DNA of 64,000 nt from Yuukianura sp. NJ FZ-2021 (lineage: Eukaryota): NCBI GenBank assembly GCA_046563655.1, contig CM102288.1, positions 5,704,001-5,768,000 on the forward strand, in the 5' to 3' direction. The notes below the pieces were generated by a model. That model was not told the origin of the DNA, searched no databases, and worked only from the letters and a program-made list of their open reading frames with translations. The translations under genes and the position numbers were made by a program. Of this stretch, positions 13,207 to 26,935 are shown one piece after another; position 1 is the stretch's first letter; each line of letters opens with the position of its first letter.

Positions 13207-14705
13207 ATGGCGACTCTCTCGGATGAAGAAATCAACGCCCTGTCTCAAGTAAGTTCACTTTTCAAAAATTTAAAACATTTCAATTTCCAAAAATCTCACT
13301 TTAATTTTTTTTTAAATTTAACCTGTTCTGTTTCAATTGCAGTTCCGAACGTGTTTAGCTGAAATGGAAATTTCGTTGGACGCTCAAGATGCAACCGACT
13401 TACGACTGTTGGCGTGGCTTCGAATTCAAGATTTCAAAATTCCAGCAGCAGCAGCCATGCTCAAGAAAGTAAGAGCCAAACTTATAGTTAAAATTAGTTA
13501 AGATAATCTAACCTTGTTTAACGTTTCATGACTTTTAGTCCCTTGAATGGCGAAAAGAAAACGAGATTTCAACGCTGCTCAGCTGGGAACCTCCGCAGAA
13601 TTTTCCAACTGACTTCCCGTATAACATTTGCGGACGAGATGACGCTGGAAGGGCAAGTAAGAAGATCACGTTTTCTGTAATTTTGCAACTAATTTATTAA
13701 TTGAAGTCACTCTATATGCTATGTTAGCCTACTTACGTTAGTCTGTTATACGTTACGTTAGTATGTTAGTATGTTAACTTAATTGTGTTTGATTTGTAGT
13801 TTTGGTGATGCCGTTCGGATTATGGGAAATTCGCAGAGTAATTGGAGCTGGCGGGAAAGAAGTTTTCCTCAAATTCGTTATGCAAATGTTCGAAAGAATT
13901 CAAGCAGCTTTGCGTTTTACAAGTGAAGAGTTGGGCAAAGAAGTGACGCAGTTCGTGTCAATCGTAGATTGCGACAACTTTTCGATTACGCAAATCTTGT
14001 CGCTTGCAAGTAAGTTTTCAGCGAGAACTAAAGTAACTCTGGATAACGTAACCTTAACACACTTAACTTAATCTGTTTTGTTTTGTGAGTTGCAGCGGTT
14101 GAAGCAATGTTGGAGATGCTGCGGAGATTTGAAGCTAACTACCCTCAATCTCTATATCGAGCATACATCATCAACTGTAAGTATGTATTTATGCATTTGA
14201 AGTACTTACCACATTCTAATTTATGTACTTGAACTAGATAGGTAATGAAACAACAATTTATGTAATTATGTTACAAAGTCTATGTTTATGAGTTATGTAA
14301 TACTAGGACTCGGAATGTACATGTTAAGTTACATAAATGTAATTTTAGGATATGTGTTTGAACTACCGAAGTGTACTTCAGATACGGATATAGTATTTGT
14401 AGCTTAAATGTATTTGAGCAACTTTTAACTAATTGCGACCTATGTTTATGTTCTTTTTGTCCATTACGATATTTGATTTGTGTTGAGAGTAATGGTTGAG
14501 TTGAAGTTCAAACTAAAGTTTGTGTTTTGTTTGTTTGTAAGCGTCCAAAATTTGGCTAATGGCGTTTGAATTGCTGAAGCCAATAATGAGCAAGTATACT
14601 ACGGAGCGACTCGAAATGTTTTCTGACGCTGCTGTCTGGAAACCACGGCTTCTAGAACATCTTCCAGCTGATCAAATTCCCAAAGAATACGGTGGGCTTC
14701 AGTGA
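13207..14705 (+). CDS. SEC14-like CRAL-TRIO lipid-binding protein (no GOLD domain), 6 coding exons
   Basis: TDLRLLAWLRIQDFKI..AMLKK|SLEWRKEN, GRDDAGR, VTQFVSIVDC, FEANYPQSLYRAYIIN, LLKPIMS, LPADQIPKEYGG*. Confidence 0.92.
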
Positions 14706-15151
14706 CCGTTACTAGGCAACCAGTATGTTAGGTTAACATAACTTAACCAGTCAGCAATATAATTAGGCCATGTAATGGCCATCTTAGTTGATGTCATTTT
14801 TAACAATTCTCGACGCAAAGTGAATTCTTAAAATTTTATAATTATTTGTTATATGTTCATGTATTGGTGGCTTCACATTTGACACGAAAAGGGAAAAGAA
14901 GAGGGAATGCAAATATTGTTTTAGTTCTTTTCGTATTTGATCATTACTTCAAGATGGCCTGGAATAATAAATTCCAGGCCAAGCATGAGCATGATGCTAT
15001 TGATCCGTATTGAAAATTATTCAGTTAAATTCTCCACCAAAGCAGGAAAGGAACACCCCTAACAAAGTTCAGTTTTAATAAGTTAAAACTAAGTTTTCAC
15101 ATAGTTTTTCCGTTTATTTTCTCCAGCTTCTAATATTTTGCATGCTTCGAA

Positions 15152-18100
15152 ATGCATCCCAAAGTAATTCTACTCATACTTTTTGCTTCAAATTCTATTG
15201 GCGTTACATTCGGAAGTTCTGCTTTCATTGAGCACATAAACTTGGACTTGTACTTGGGTGGGAGTTTGGCCAGTTGCTACAATCATGTTATTATGTACTC
15301 CAGCTACACAAATATCTACAGTTCATATGCCCTAACACTAGCACAAAATAGGAACATGACATATCCAAAGCGAGCGACAAGCAGCCAATGCAAAAATGTT
15401 ACACGGACTGGAAATGTTACGGACACACGTACTCCGTCATTCTGTGCACAAGACATGCCACACTACAGGACCAAGAAGTGCCCATGTATTGGGGTAACTG
15501 GAATTTTCCCACACACAAGCTCTTTGGAATTTGATGCTTTTGAGTACTTGTTCGTTTATTGGTTTCCAGTAGAATTCAGCATTATACAAGAACGGAATCG
15601 TCCAGCGACGCACAATATAAAATTGGGGTTGAGCCGAATAGCGTCAACTTACAGAATGCAATATATTCGGGTGTTAATTGTACAAGACAGTTGTGGATTC
15701 AATAAAGGCGTACACAAGGCAGGCATTCCCGTGCGATTTCAACCGAGAGCACATCTAGTTGTAGTCAAAATCGTTTACAGAGAATGTAGTATCAGGGCAT
15801 TGAGTAGCAACTACGATATTATACTTGCAGTTCCCGTATTGAGAATTTTGGGGTTTCAAATATTGAATCCCCAGCCTTTGCCGCCTGTGTTGGATTATGA
15901 AGCCTATCAAAGGGGATTTTTGAGACGAATACCAGTTAAGACGTTGACAGGAGCAAAGGATGAAGCGCTTTTAATCATTTCATTTCAGCTATTACTCCGT
16001 TCAATACGGGACTTCGTGCTTGCTCCATACAATCAAAGTCAGGCTTTGGATTCGAAAACAGGTAAAACACAGTAAATGAGCATACACCGGAAAAGAAAGA
16101 CATAAAAACAATGGTTAAAACATCTTAAAAATTCATTTCATAGCTCCCAAATAAGTTTTAAAAAAGATCGTTAAAACCCAGAATTTGTATGGTAACAATT
16201 ACTTTTTTTGTGTCCAAAACAAAAATTACAAGTTTATGATGTAGAACGATGGATACTTCAATTCAAAATGCATCTGCAATATCATTAAAATTACAATATG
16301 TCAAAAAAATACCCCGACTTAGGCTCCAACCCATTGCCCCACTCCTGAAAGTAGAGACAAAATTTTTTTTTTTTTTTTTTATTGTCGCGAACTGTGATGA
16401 ATGATACAACTTTTTTAAATATTTTTAAATATTTTTTATATCAAATTATTCAACAGAAAAAGTTCAGCGTGTCTGGCATAACATCCTAAACACGTTTTTT
16501 TGCTCATTCCTCTGGAGTGAGGCCACGGGTTCGACCCGAGGTCGGGGTAATTTTTTTTTGGCGTTCACAATCGAAACTAGTGCGGAAAATTTTCTTTTGG
16601 CATACAGAAGACTACTGTATTATTTAAATTCAAAAATCCCACGAACGGTTGGAAATGTACCCTCGTAAGTAGGACCCAAGTGGTACCTAAAGTACCGCCA
16701 AGTTGTGCATTGTGAACCAGTTGTAAAGGGAGTACAAACTGTTCACTGCTCTATGTCAGGAGCGGTATTTGGGCACCAATTTCGTGATGCAAATCGTAAC
16801 ACGAATGTTGAAGTACATTGTGCAATTAAGTTATAGTCAATTTGTGCACAAAGCAGGCACAAAAACCCTAACGTAAACCCGGTTTAGAATTCACGTTTCA
16901 GTGCCGCATGAATTCTCTACGTTGAAAACCATTCAAAAACCAACACAAATTATCGTGAAAACTGGTATTCAACGGCTTTGCAGTCGGTCGGACATACGTA
17001 AAAGTCATCAATTCTCGACTTCAACTGCCGGCGATCAACACTTGAGCACCGCCACACCTTGATTTTTAAATTCTAATTTTAGAAAAAATTTGGATAAGAA
17101 TGATGCCTTTCTCTACCGGAGATTCCTGGGATGAACATTGGAGCATTCAGTTCCTGCCAACGCACGAATATGCGGTCCTGTGTGATCAGGAAGGCTTCAT
17201 ACAAATTGGGATAGCTGACTACTTGCAGCCATTCACTCTGAAAACGTGGCTGTCGTTGCTGCTGTGTTGCGTTGCAGTTTCTACATTTTTCGCGGCATGT
17301 CCCAACTACAGAGCCGTAGCATTTCAAGTTCCGTTGTTCATGTACTCTACAGTGTTGGAGGTTGGATTCTCATTGACAAGTATTCCGGGCATGCGTGGAA
17401 AGGGACTGCAAGCATTTACCGTAATATTTCTATTAATGGCTCTAGTCCTAACGAATGGCTACAAAGGGATTGTAACCACATCGCTTGCGCTTCCATTTCC
17501 AAAACATGAAATCAAGTCTCTTGAAGAGGCAATTGATAAAAACTATACTTTTGTAGACGACGCTAGAACTCGCTGGGGGTACAAGGATTGTTGCATGCAC
17601 GCCGCTAAAATGGGCAAAGTCCTCAATGATGTAAACGCTGGTGATCTAAGATTTATAAAGAAAGGACAAACATGCAAGGAGTACCTTACTTCCCAGGCGC
17701 AACTCTATTGGATAAAAAAAATAGGCGTTCATGTAATTCGGAGCACCAAAAATGTGAACACATATACGGACATTGTTCGTGATGCATTGAACCTTATTAA
17801 ACACCAGCATGAAAGGGTTGCATCTTACAGACATCGATTAATACGAGACCTTCGCATCTTGCCGTGCGATGTAACCATTCTCGAGGATTTGGGCCAATGC
17901 AAGAGGTCGATTTATATAATTACCACTGCAGACACAACGGCTGGGAAGAACTATGTTGATCTTTTTACCAAAGCTCAAACTGGTAAGCGTCATTCTAAAT
18001 TCTATGGGTTTATGGATGAATCTATTTTTGCAAGTGATCAAAGCTATGGATTTATACTAACTGCTCCGGATAAATACGACTTGAGAAGGAGTTTGAGACA

Positions 18101-18404
18101 ACTGACTGAGTCAGGCGTAATATTTGGTCGCGGGGCAATATTTGGCGCGGAAGAAAAACGCCGTCAAGGTAGACTAACTCCAAAGTTCGGACTAGCTTCA
18201 CGACTGGAGAAATTAGGTTTGCAATCCCGAGTGTGCTTAATATTTCTTGTTCTGCCATTCGGAGCTGTGTTGGCATTGGTCTCTGCAATATTGGAATCTA
18301 CGCTGCACCCAAACAGTACGTCAATTTGTACCAAAATTTCCACGATTGTTGAGAAAATTAAAGCGAACGTGGATCACTTTCGCCTGTATTTTAATAAATT
18401 GTGA
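15152..18404 (+). CDS. Divergent ionotropic receptor (IR/iGluR-like chemoreceptor), copy 1
   Basis: Exons 15152-16061 and 17083-18404 (phase 1). Signal peptide; DYLQPFTLKTW + TM1; LVLTNGYKGIVTTSL (equivalent of the SYTANL helix); LTESGV; KLGL..C-terminal TM. Confidence 0.8.
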
Positions 18405-18570
18405 GTTTGCAATGACGCAAGATAACCCGGGGCTTTACTCAAAGCACAGCTTCAAACCGTCTCCAGACATTGCACTATCGGTTTCCACGTCATTACTTCA
18501 GTTCAATTACAGAAGTGACATTTATATAAATGCCAAATGCATTAGAGCCAATTCCATCCGTAGTACAAAC

Positions 18571-19343
18571 CGAAGCACGCCATTACATCGAAAAAAAGAC
18601 ATCGACACAAAAGACATCGGCACGAAAGACATCGACACAAAAGACATCGACAATAGAAACACATCGACAATGAAACACATCGACCCAAAAGACATCGACA
18701 ATAGAAACACATCGACAATGAAACACATCGACACAAAGGACATCGACAGAAATTTTATTTTTTATACCCGAAAATGAAATTGGGCTTTTTCTCAAAATTT
18801 TGAAAAAAATATGTCTGGCAATACTGATGACGTGAGCTAGCTTAGCTAGCGGTACCGCGCCGAAGGCGCGGCAATAGGTTTGGTAAAGCACGCCATAGTG
18901 ATTATGGCATAGGCTCTTTTTGAGGCTGTTTTTAATTTTTTACCAGTTTTTTTGTTGGTTTGGCTATTACAACATGGAACCGTTTTTGAGGCAGCAGTTC
19001 AGTATGTTATTTATATACATGTTATATAAAAAAAATGCCCAATTTCATTTTCGGCTATAAAAAATTAAATTTCTGTCGATGTCCTTTATGTCGATGTGTT
19101 TCATTGTCGATGTGTTTCTATTGTCGATGTCTTTCTTCTCGATGTCTTTTGGGTCGATGTGTTTCATTGTCGATGTGTTTCTATTGTCGATGTAACTTTA
19201 CTTCTCGATGTCTTTTGGGTCGATGTGTTTAACATTGTCGATGTGTTTAAACTATTGTCGATGTGTAACCTTAACGTGTCGATGTCTTTTGTGTCGATGT
19301 CTTTCGTTTCGATGTCTTTTTTTCGATGTATTGGCATGGACCC
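18571..19343. mobile_element. Foldback-type non-autonomous DNA transposon with tandem-repeat arms and 8-bp TSD
   Basis: GTACAAAC at 18563-18570 and 19344-19351. Arms of (acatcgac)-based repeats in inverted orientation (18583-18790 vs 19035-19330). GC hairpin core near 18855. Confidence 0.88.
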
Positions 19344-19995
19344 GTACAAACACAGTACATACAAACACATCAGTAGTACATATACTTTCAAGCATACCTC
19401 GAGTTTATTTTTTTTTATATTTTAACTGGTTTATTCACTTTACATGAACATGTTGACATTTCGTGTGGAAGGAATAGTTTCCCATTTCGTGATTACAACA
19501 AGACGTTAGATATGAACTACTAAATTCCAATTATGCTATGGTTCCTTTTTCCGCCACTTTTTAATAATTCAAATCATCCATAGTAAAGTTGAATTTTTTT
19601 TTTCATCTTTCCAAAGTTGCTAATACCAGAGTGGAGAAAATCGTTATCTGTAAAAAGTTCAGCTCACCGATGCGGTATACGGAGAGCTGAAAAGTAAATG
19701 AACCATTTTCAAATTTGTTTACAAGGCTGAGTACAGAAATAGGCCAGAGATAAAAAAGATAATAAAATTCACTTTTCGAAACAATGCATTCTTTTTTGAA
19801 AATTTCTTTATCAGTTTTATCATTTATTTTGTGGTGATTCAAGAGAAAACGAGGAGGGTGTAGCTCATTGTGTGACATTGTATCTTTGTATTGAAAAAAA
19901 AATCAGCGATAAAAGCCGTCACCTTCGACAATGAATCGATTTAAGTTTGAATCACTTTGTTTGTTGTCTAATTCCAAATCAGAGGAAGTGACAGC

Positions 19996-21911
19996 ATGGA
20001 CATACGTAGAGACTCTCTGCCGCTCAGAATCTGTAAGTTTTCGAAATTTCAAAAAAGTCAATTTTCTAAGAAAAGTTTATGAGCATTTCAATCTGAAAAG
20101 TTAAGCTTCAGTTGAGCATTTAAAGTCTGGGTTTGTTTCTTTTTACTTAAAAGTGGCAGAATTGCGCAAGATTTTTAGAATTCCGAATAGTCGAAGACGG
20201 GCGATTGCTCATACGAGACTTTTCGACGTTTCACGAAATGCAACACCAACGACTCCAAGAATTTCAAAAACTTTGCAACTGCCTTCTACACCAGCAAATT
20301 CGTCAAGACAGGCTGACCAATCCTCTGATAGAATCGGAAATGACAGACAGATTCGACTTCCGCCTAGACCACTGACTCCGCTGACTGTTCAGCGACCGTT
20401 TACTAGAGCTGCATCAACAACTGTGATTTTGGCTCCATCAGCACAGCGTCCCGTCACTCCGCGCCCAAGGCGCGCAGAACGAATCAAATCAATTAAACGC
20501 CATCGTCCTCTGAACACACGTTCGGCATCAACGTTTTTCCTGGACATAGGACACAGTCGTCCAGGAACTTCTTCTCAGTTACAAAATCAAAACGCGTCTG
20601 CGCCAAGATCAGCTTCAGCTGACGATTTGCTGGAAACTGCCAATAATGACACTAGTGACGAAGATTTACTAGAACTTTCTACGGAAAATCGTAGAAGCAG
20701 ATTGGCTCTAAATCAATCCGAAGCTCCGCCTACTCAGCAAGTTGCAGTTGGAAGTAGACAAGAGTCTCACGTTGCTCCAATGACTCCTGCTCCGAATCGA
20801 CGCAGCTCAATGGAAATTTTAGCAAACACGTTTTCTAACGTAGTCAGCGTGAACGGATTGCCTCAAGCGTCTGTGCGACAATCTACGCATGAGCGTCCAG
20901 AGTCACGGTCATCAGCATTGTTTGCTTCTACGACGTCGCTGGACACGGTGTCCAGAAGTAGAAGACAATCGTCCGAACCACGCCGCGTTTCCATGGAAAC
21001 GGCTCAACGACACGGTAGTCCTAGCAACACATCTCAAGGTCGACTGAACTCCATTCCTTCAGCGAGCACTGGAACCATGCTTTCCGTAACTTCCATTTCG
21101 AGTAATGGTAATTGTTATAATATTTACTATATTATATATAAATATAAATATATAATAAATTTAAATTATTAGTTGTTTATTATGTATTTATATTTGAAGA
21201 TTTCAACCTGAGTGGACTCAGGTTGCGAGAACGAGTCGTTTGGTTTGCGGAGAACGATGTAGCTCAACCCGGGATAATTAAATGGCTTGGAAAAATCAAC
21301 GGAAAAGCAATAGCGGGAGTTGAATTTGTAAGTTTCAAAAAACTTCATTTTTTTTTTTTTGAAATTTTGAATTTTTGTGTTTCTTTAGGATAACCACGTA
21401 GGAAATTCTTCTGGAAAATGGAACGGACGTCAACTGTTTACAGTTCCACTGACGAGATGGTGTTTCGTACCTATTGCACAACTGATGCTGTACGCCGACT
21501 ATGCTCAACGGTTGCCATGCAACGAACCGGCAAAAATTGAATATCGTACAGAAAGTAACGCAGAATCTTCAGCTATTGCGGCAATCATCTGTGTCATCTG
21601 CCAAGACTCACTTTTAAGTTATGATGGCGAAGAAACGCAACAAACCAAAAGTGACGCAGAGAATTGCACAGTTTCGACACAGTGTGGCCACCTCTTCCAC
21701 AAATCGTGTCTCACGCAGTGGTTCAGCATCAAAAAAATTCCAACGTAAGTTGTAGGTTTTACATTTTGTATGTTATTGTGAGTGTAATATGTTTACATAA
21801 AATTAGTTATACTAATTCGTTTTTACAATTTACAGCCAACCTTGTCCGTACTGTCAACGTCCTATTCCAATCGACAAAGTCATTCGGATTTATCCAGTCC
21901 AAGGAAAATGA
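19996..21911 (+). CDS. Putative E3 ligase: disordered Ser/Arg/Pro-rich N-terminus + CAP-Gly-like domain + C-terminal RING-H2
   Basis: Five exons (approx. 19996-20032, 20154-21107, 21200-21327, 21389-21745, 21836-21911). GIIKWLGKINGKAIAGVEF|DNHVGNSSGKWNGRQLF (CAP-Gly); CVIC..CGHLFHKSCLTQWF..|QPCPYC (C3H2C3). Confidence 0.85.
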
Positions 21912-22333
21912 ATATAAGCAGAAATTTTCTAGAGGTGGAAGCTTTAGTACAAAAAAAATTTGAAACGAAAATTAAAAAAAAAATTCCAGAATTGTGAATT
22001 AAGTGGAGAGTTAAGTTATTTAAATTAAGCGAAAATGTACGCCGCGTCTTCCCCTTTGACGATAAGGAATGGAAATTTTTGAAACGGAGATTAAGGTGTG
22101 CACCGAAAAATTTGTGGTTACAATTTGCAAATATACAAAGAGAATATCGCCATTAGCAACAGGATAACCTTAATTAATGCAAGTTAAATCAAATCCGTTA
22201 GGTTGAATTAAGCAAGTCCCGGAAGCGGTGATAAATTTTCACTACAAATAACGTTACGTATACGTTACGTTCCAGGTTTCAAAACAAAATTTCATTTTTT
22301 TTTAAAAAACTGTTTTCAAGTCAACTGCAAAAA

Positions 22334-23236
22334 ATGAATCCAAAATTTTTCGTGGCGTTTATTTTGACCATCACCTTCACAGGTAAAGAAAAACGTCAAT
22401 TGAAACGGTTACAAAATAGCCAGACTAAAAATTTTTCATAAAATTTACACTTTGTAAAATGCAGTGTAAATTTCAAGTTATATAAAAATTGTCACAACAT
22501 TACAGTCAGAACAAAATCATTAATTTTTTACAACCTAAAGAAAACGCGAAAAATGATCAATAAAATTAATATAAGAAATGATTAATCGCAAAAAAAAACT
22601 ATTTTTTTTTTAGAATTTTAGTTCAAAACGGTTTTGATGTTGTTGGTAAAAAGTTTTTCGTTTTCAGGTGACGTTAGAGCTGATTCACACAGCACACTGA
22701 TTCCGTTATTCAGCGACGTGAATTTCGTCGGCGCAGAAATTACTCTGAATTTGAGTCCAGGATGTAACGATGTTCCGGATGACTGGAATGACTTGACCGG
22801 GTCAATTGGACTTAAATTTCAGGATCAATGTGTCATTCTATTCGAGGACTATGGATGTGGAGGCCATTCAGCACGAATTACGCACTTGAATGCAAAAGAA
22901 CTTAATGACTTGAGCAACGTCGGACTTGGTGGTATGCTCTCGGCTTTAAAACCATGCAACTCAGGTTTGTTTAGAAAAGTTTCAAAAAAATTGTGTTTCC
23001 AGTTTTTTTTTTCAATTTTTCCAAAATTTATTTCAGGAAAATGCGACAAGGTTGGTTTTTTCATTGACCCTGGAAATTGTCACAACTTTTTCAGATGTAT
23101 TGACAACACACAAACAGGACAAAACTTTCAACGCAACGACTTTGCTTGTCCGGAAGGTCAAGTTTTTGATGAAAAGAATACGACTTGCAATTTGCCTGAC
23201 AGGATTCATCCTCCAGTTGTTTGCAGCAATCAATAA
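22334..23236 (+). CDS. Secreted beta/gamma-crystallin-like domain + CBM14 (peritrophin-A) chitin-binding protein
   Basis: Exons 22334-22382, 22668-22964, 23037-23236. SP MNPKFFVAFILTITFT; LFSDVNFVG..CNDVPDDWNDLTGSI..CVILFEDYGCGG..LSALKPC (crystallin Greek-key pattern); six-Cys CDKVGFF..NCHNFFRC..FACPEGQVFD..CNLP..VC (CBM14). Confidence 0.8.
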
Positions 23237-23722
23237 AAAGACAAAGAACATTATTATAAGATAATGTTTACAAAAATGTGAATTCGAAAGTTTCTGATTC
23301 AATTTGTGATTAGGAACCATGAGGCGAAGCCCCAGCAAACCTTACGAAGCATTCTTGTTCAAAATAAATAATTTATTGGCTAAATTGCAAGTTAGTCTTA
23401 GTTTTTTTTTAGTAAATGAGAAGCTCATGACAAATGGTTTAATATTTTTGTTAGTTGTTTCATAATCATAAGTTTTAGTGAAAGATAATTTTAATCGCCT
23501 CCTTGTCTCGTGTCTTTATATGAAGCACAGTCAAAACAGTCAAAGTAGACCGCATAAAATAAGCAAATCTGAAGCTGTCCAGTACCAGTGAGCAACAAAA
23601 AAAAAGGCTCGTGTTGACCTTAAGACTTTTTAGTTTGCAATTTTTGGCTTTAGATTCGATATATTATCCGTTCGGAATGTAAAAAGAGCAGGCAGTTTTT
23701 GGTTTTCTGGCAAAAGTATAGA

Positions 23723-26114
23723 ATGGAGTTAATAGAATTAACTCTTTGTTTCTTTACAATTGGTTTTCTGTGGTGTCTATTTGAAATTTTGGAAACATGG
23801 GGCACCCTACCAGGTGAAAGTTCAATTACTTTTCGATATTAAAAAGAAGAAATTTTGTTATAGTAAATATTATAAGTATTAAAAGCTCCTTTACTGCCGG
23901 AGTCATATCTGTCCGTCTGTCTGTACAGCTCAATTTTCTCAAAAACTACTTTTCCGATTTCTATTCTATTATTTCAAAAAAAAAATCTAAACCTGATAAT
24001 TTTGTGGTTGTATTTGTTTAGGGCCATTTTGTTTTCCAGTATTGGGCAACATTCCGCAACTCTTATGGGCCAGTCCTCACAGTCATTTGGCTCTTCACAA
24101 ATTGGCTAAAAAGTATGGAGATATAATGCAAGTAAAGTTTGGACAAACACGGATGGGTAATTCAAAAAGCAAATTTTCTGTTCTTACTTTTTAGAAATTA
24201 AGTTTAAATGAAATTGGAATAAAGATTAATTTTTCAGTTGTATTATCGTCCGCTGAAGTAGCAAAATCCATTTGCTCCATGGAATCTGTAACTGGGCGTT
24301 TGGTCACACCAGCAATTGCCACCAGAACGTTTGGCAAAGAACTCGGTAAACTATTTTAAACTATATTGTTGTAATGCATATATTATATAAATAAAAATAT
24401 AGTCTATAAAATGATTGTATTTTGAAACTAATACTAATCTGAATCTGTACTACATTAGTTAGACACAGCCGCTTTCGTATATAAATTCCGTTTTTTTTTG
24501 TTTTTGAAAAGTCCAGCTGCAAGTGGAATTCTTTTTTCAAATTTTTAGGAATTATATTCACTGGTGGAGAATTTTGGAAATCTACCAAGAAATTTGTGGT
24601 TCGGAGTCTGCGTGACGTTGGTTTTGGAAAAACAGGAAGCATGGATGTCGTAATTCAGGAACAAGCTGACGAACTCGTTCTGCGCATGCGTCAAGAAATG
24701 AACGCAAAAGGAATGATTAACATGAAAAATCTGTTCAGCATTCCCGTAATCAACGTCTTGTGGAGCATGATGGCCGGAGAGACTTTTCCACAGAATAGTC
24801 AGAAAGTGCAGAAACTACTGGAAATTCAGAACGACATTCTGCAAAGCAGTGATTTCGCGGCTGGATTGGCCGTAGTTTTTCCATTTCTCGTGAAATGGTT
24901 TCCTAACGCTTTAGGTATTGTGGATTTAAATACCGTTTTTCATGAGTTCCTTAAGGTAAATGTATTTTTATTTGTAAAACAAAAATACTAAAAATACATT
25001 TAAAAATTTCCCCCAAAAAAAAAAAAAAAAAAATCAAAATTTTGATTTTTCTCAGCAAGTAATGGACTCTCACTCTGAAACTCTGGGAACAGAATCAACG
25101 TGCTTTATCGACACGATGCTTATAAAGATCAAACAGAGCAAATCCATCGAAGATTCTAAATTCACAGGTTAATATTTTGAAACTTCTGAATTCTAAAAAT
25201 TCAAAACTCTTATTCAAATTATTTTTTAATAGATGAACATGGAATTGTTATACTGATGGACTTGTTTTCTGCTGGTTCTGACAGTACAAATTCTACTCTG
25301 ACGTTTTGTGTGATCTATGCAACGCTGTTTCCACACTTTCAGCAACGAATTCAGGAAGAAATAGATAGTGTACTCAACGGCGGTGTGGCATTAAGTATTG
25401 AAATACTTAACAAGTAAATCTATAATTTATAATTATATATATATATATATAATTATAAATTTTATTATAATTTGACATAAATCGTAGATTTCCGTTCACG
25501 CGAGCTTTTATTGCCGAAGTACTCCGTCATGCCGTTGTTGTTCAAACTGCTCCACCCAGGATTTCCTACGAAGATATCAAATACAATGACTACGTCATCA
25601 AAAAAGTGAGTCAAAATTTTAAGTACGAGTTGCGCGAATTGAAAAACTATTTTGAACTTTTTCATTAAGAAAGTGTTTGTATTGTTTAAAGGAAGTGCCT
25701 ATCCTTGTCAATCTGTATGCAATTCTGCATGACGAACGCACATATACTAATCCATCGGAGTTTTATCCTGAGCGTTTTTTAGATTTCAAAGGAAATTTCA
25801 ACGTCAAAATGGCAGAACAAAGTGGAAACTTTGGATACGGTAACGCAAAAATTCAACTCGATTTTTTTTGTATTTTGGAATTTATTCTATTTCAAATCCG
25901 AAAGCAAACTAACCTTTCTTTATCGTTGGTTTTAGGTCACAGGCTTTGCATTGGCCAACGTTTTGCGGACGCCATCGTTTTTCTATTTTTTATAAAAATT
26001 TGTCAAAATTTTGAAATCAAAAGTATTCCTGGTAAACCAATTGCGAGCATCGAACCCGAAGTTGGTTTCACTCTAACACCAAAACCATGTCACCTTGCGT
26101 TTGAGGCTCGTTGA
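23723..26114 (+). CDS. Cytochrome P450, clan 2 (CYP15/303/304/305-like)
   Basis: PG|PFCFPVLGN hinge, SLRDVGFGK, I-helix DLFSAGSDST, K-helix EVLR, FYPERF, heme motif NFGYG|HRLCIG. Confidence 0.93.
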
Positions 26115-26935
26115 GAAATTTGTATAGAACTCGGCATTTGAAAAAAAAATTCAGAACTAACAGAATCGAACTGTATCTCTGTTTTGAAATGAATCTAACA
26201 CTTGCTTTAAACTCTTGAATGCAAAATTTTCAGTAATGGATGGCTCCGCAGCAATCGTTAACGAAATTTTTTTTCTTCCGTTTCTGTACGTAAAACTTAG
26301 ACGTTTTTGAAATTAATGGTTATCCTATGTTCCAAAAATGTATGTGCAACTAAAATTAGTAAGTGTTTAAGTTGTCTTCCTTCCAGACGTGTGTTTTCTG
26401 CTATTATATTTTTTCGTGCACGTAATGGCTTATTTCGTTAACTGCTGTCATTATTTGCATTTTTAAAAATGATCGAAGAAAAATGAAAAATGCCAAGGTT
26501 TATACCTATTATAATAGCAAAGCTATTATTATAATCTTACAATCCTTATTTAATCAATACTGATTGTCATAAACAAACAACGTATTCTTAAAAACTTTTT
26601 AACTCCTAACTTTGAATTCCCAAGTTCCTGTTTAAGGAATAAGTCCTGAGGGTCGTAAATAAAAAATTGGAGACCAAGGTTTATTGATTTTTGAGTTGCT
26701 GATCGTTCTGCCACATCACCACATACCTACGTTTGCACATTTGAACTTGACGTTATTTTCAAATCCACGATTCTTTTCTCGTAATTCGCAGTTACATTTT
26801 CCACCAAGGTAGGCACGGTACATTCCTAACACAATCTTAGTTTTGTTCGTTCATCTTCTACGGGATCTCGTTTCTCATAGTACTTCACAAAAACACACCT
26901 AATATTAGCACTACTGCAGTTTTACATATTTCAAA

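Noticed and set aside
16515..16560. B-box-like GGTTCGACCC followed by a T-run
   Set aside because: No cloverleaf or A-box could be built; at most a SINE relic.
18500..19450. Cys-rich and KDIDT-repeat ORFs, superficially metallothionein-like or CRISPR-like
   Set aside because: They are translations of the transposon's tandem-repeat arms; there are no unique spacers and no cas genes.
23900..23965. gtccgtctgtctgt..ttctcaaaaactac..ccgatt in P450 intron 1
   Set aside because: Resembles a DINE-1/Helentron fragment but is too short to delimit.
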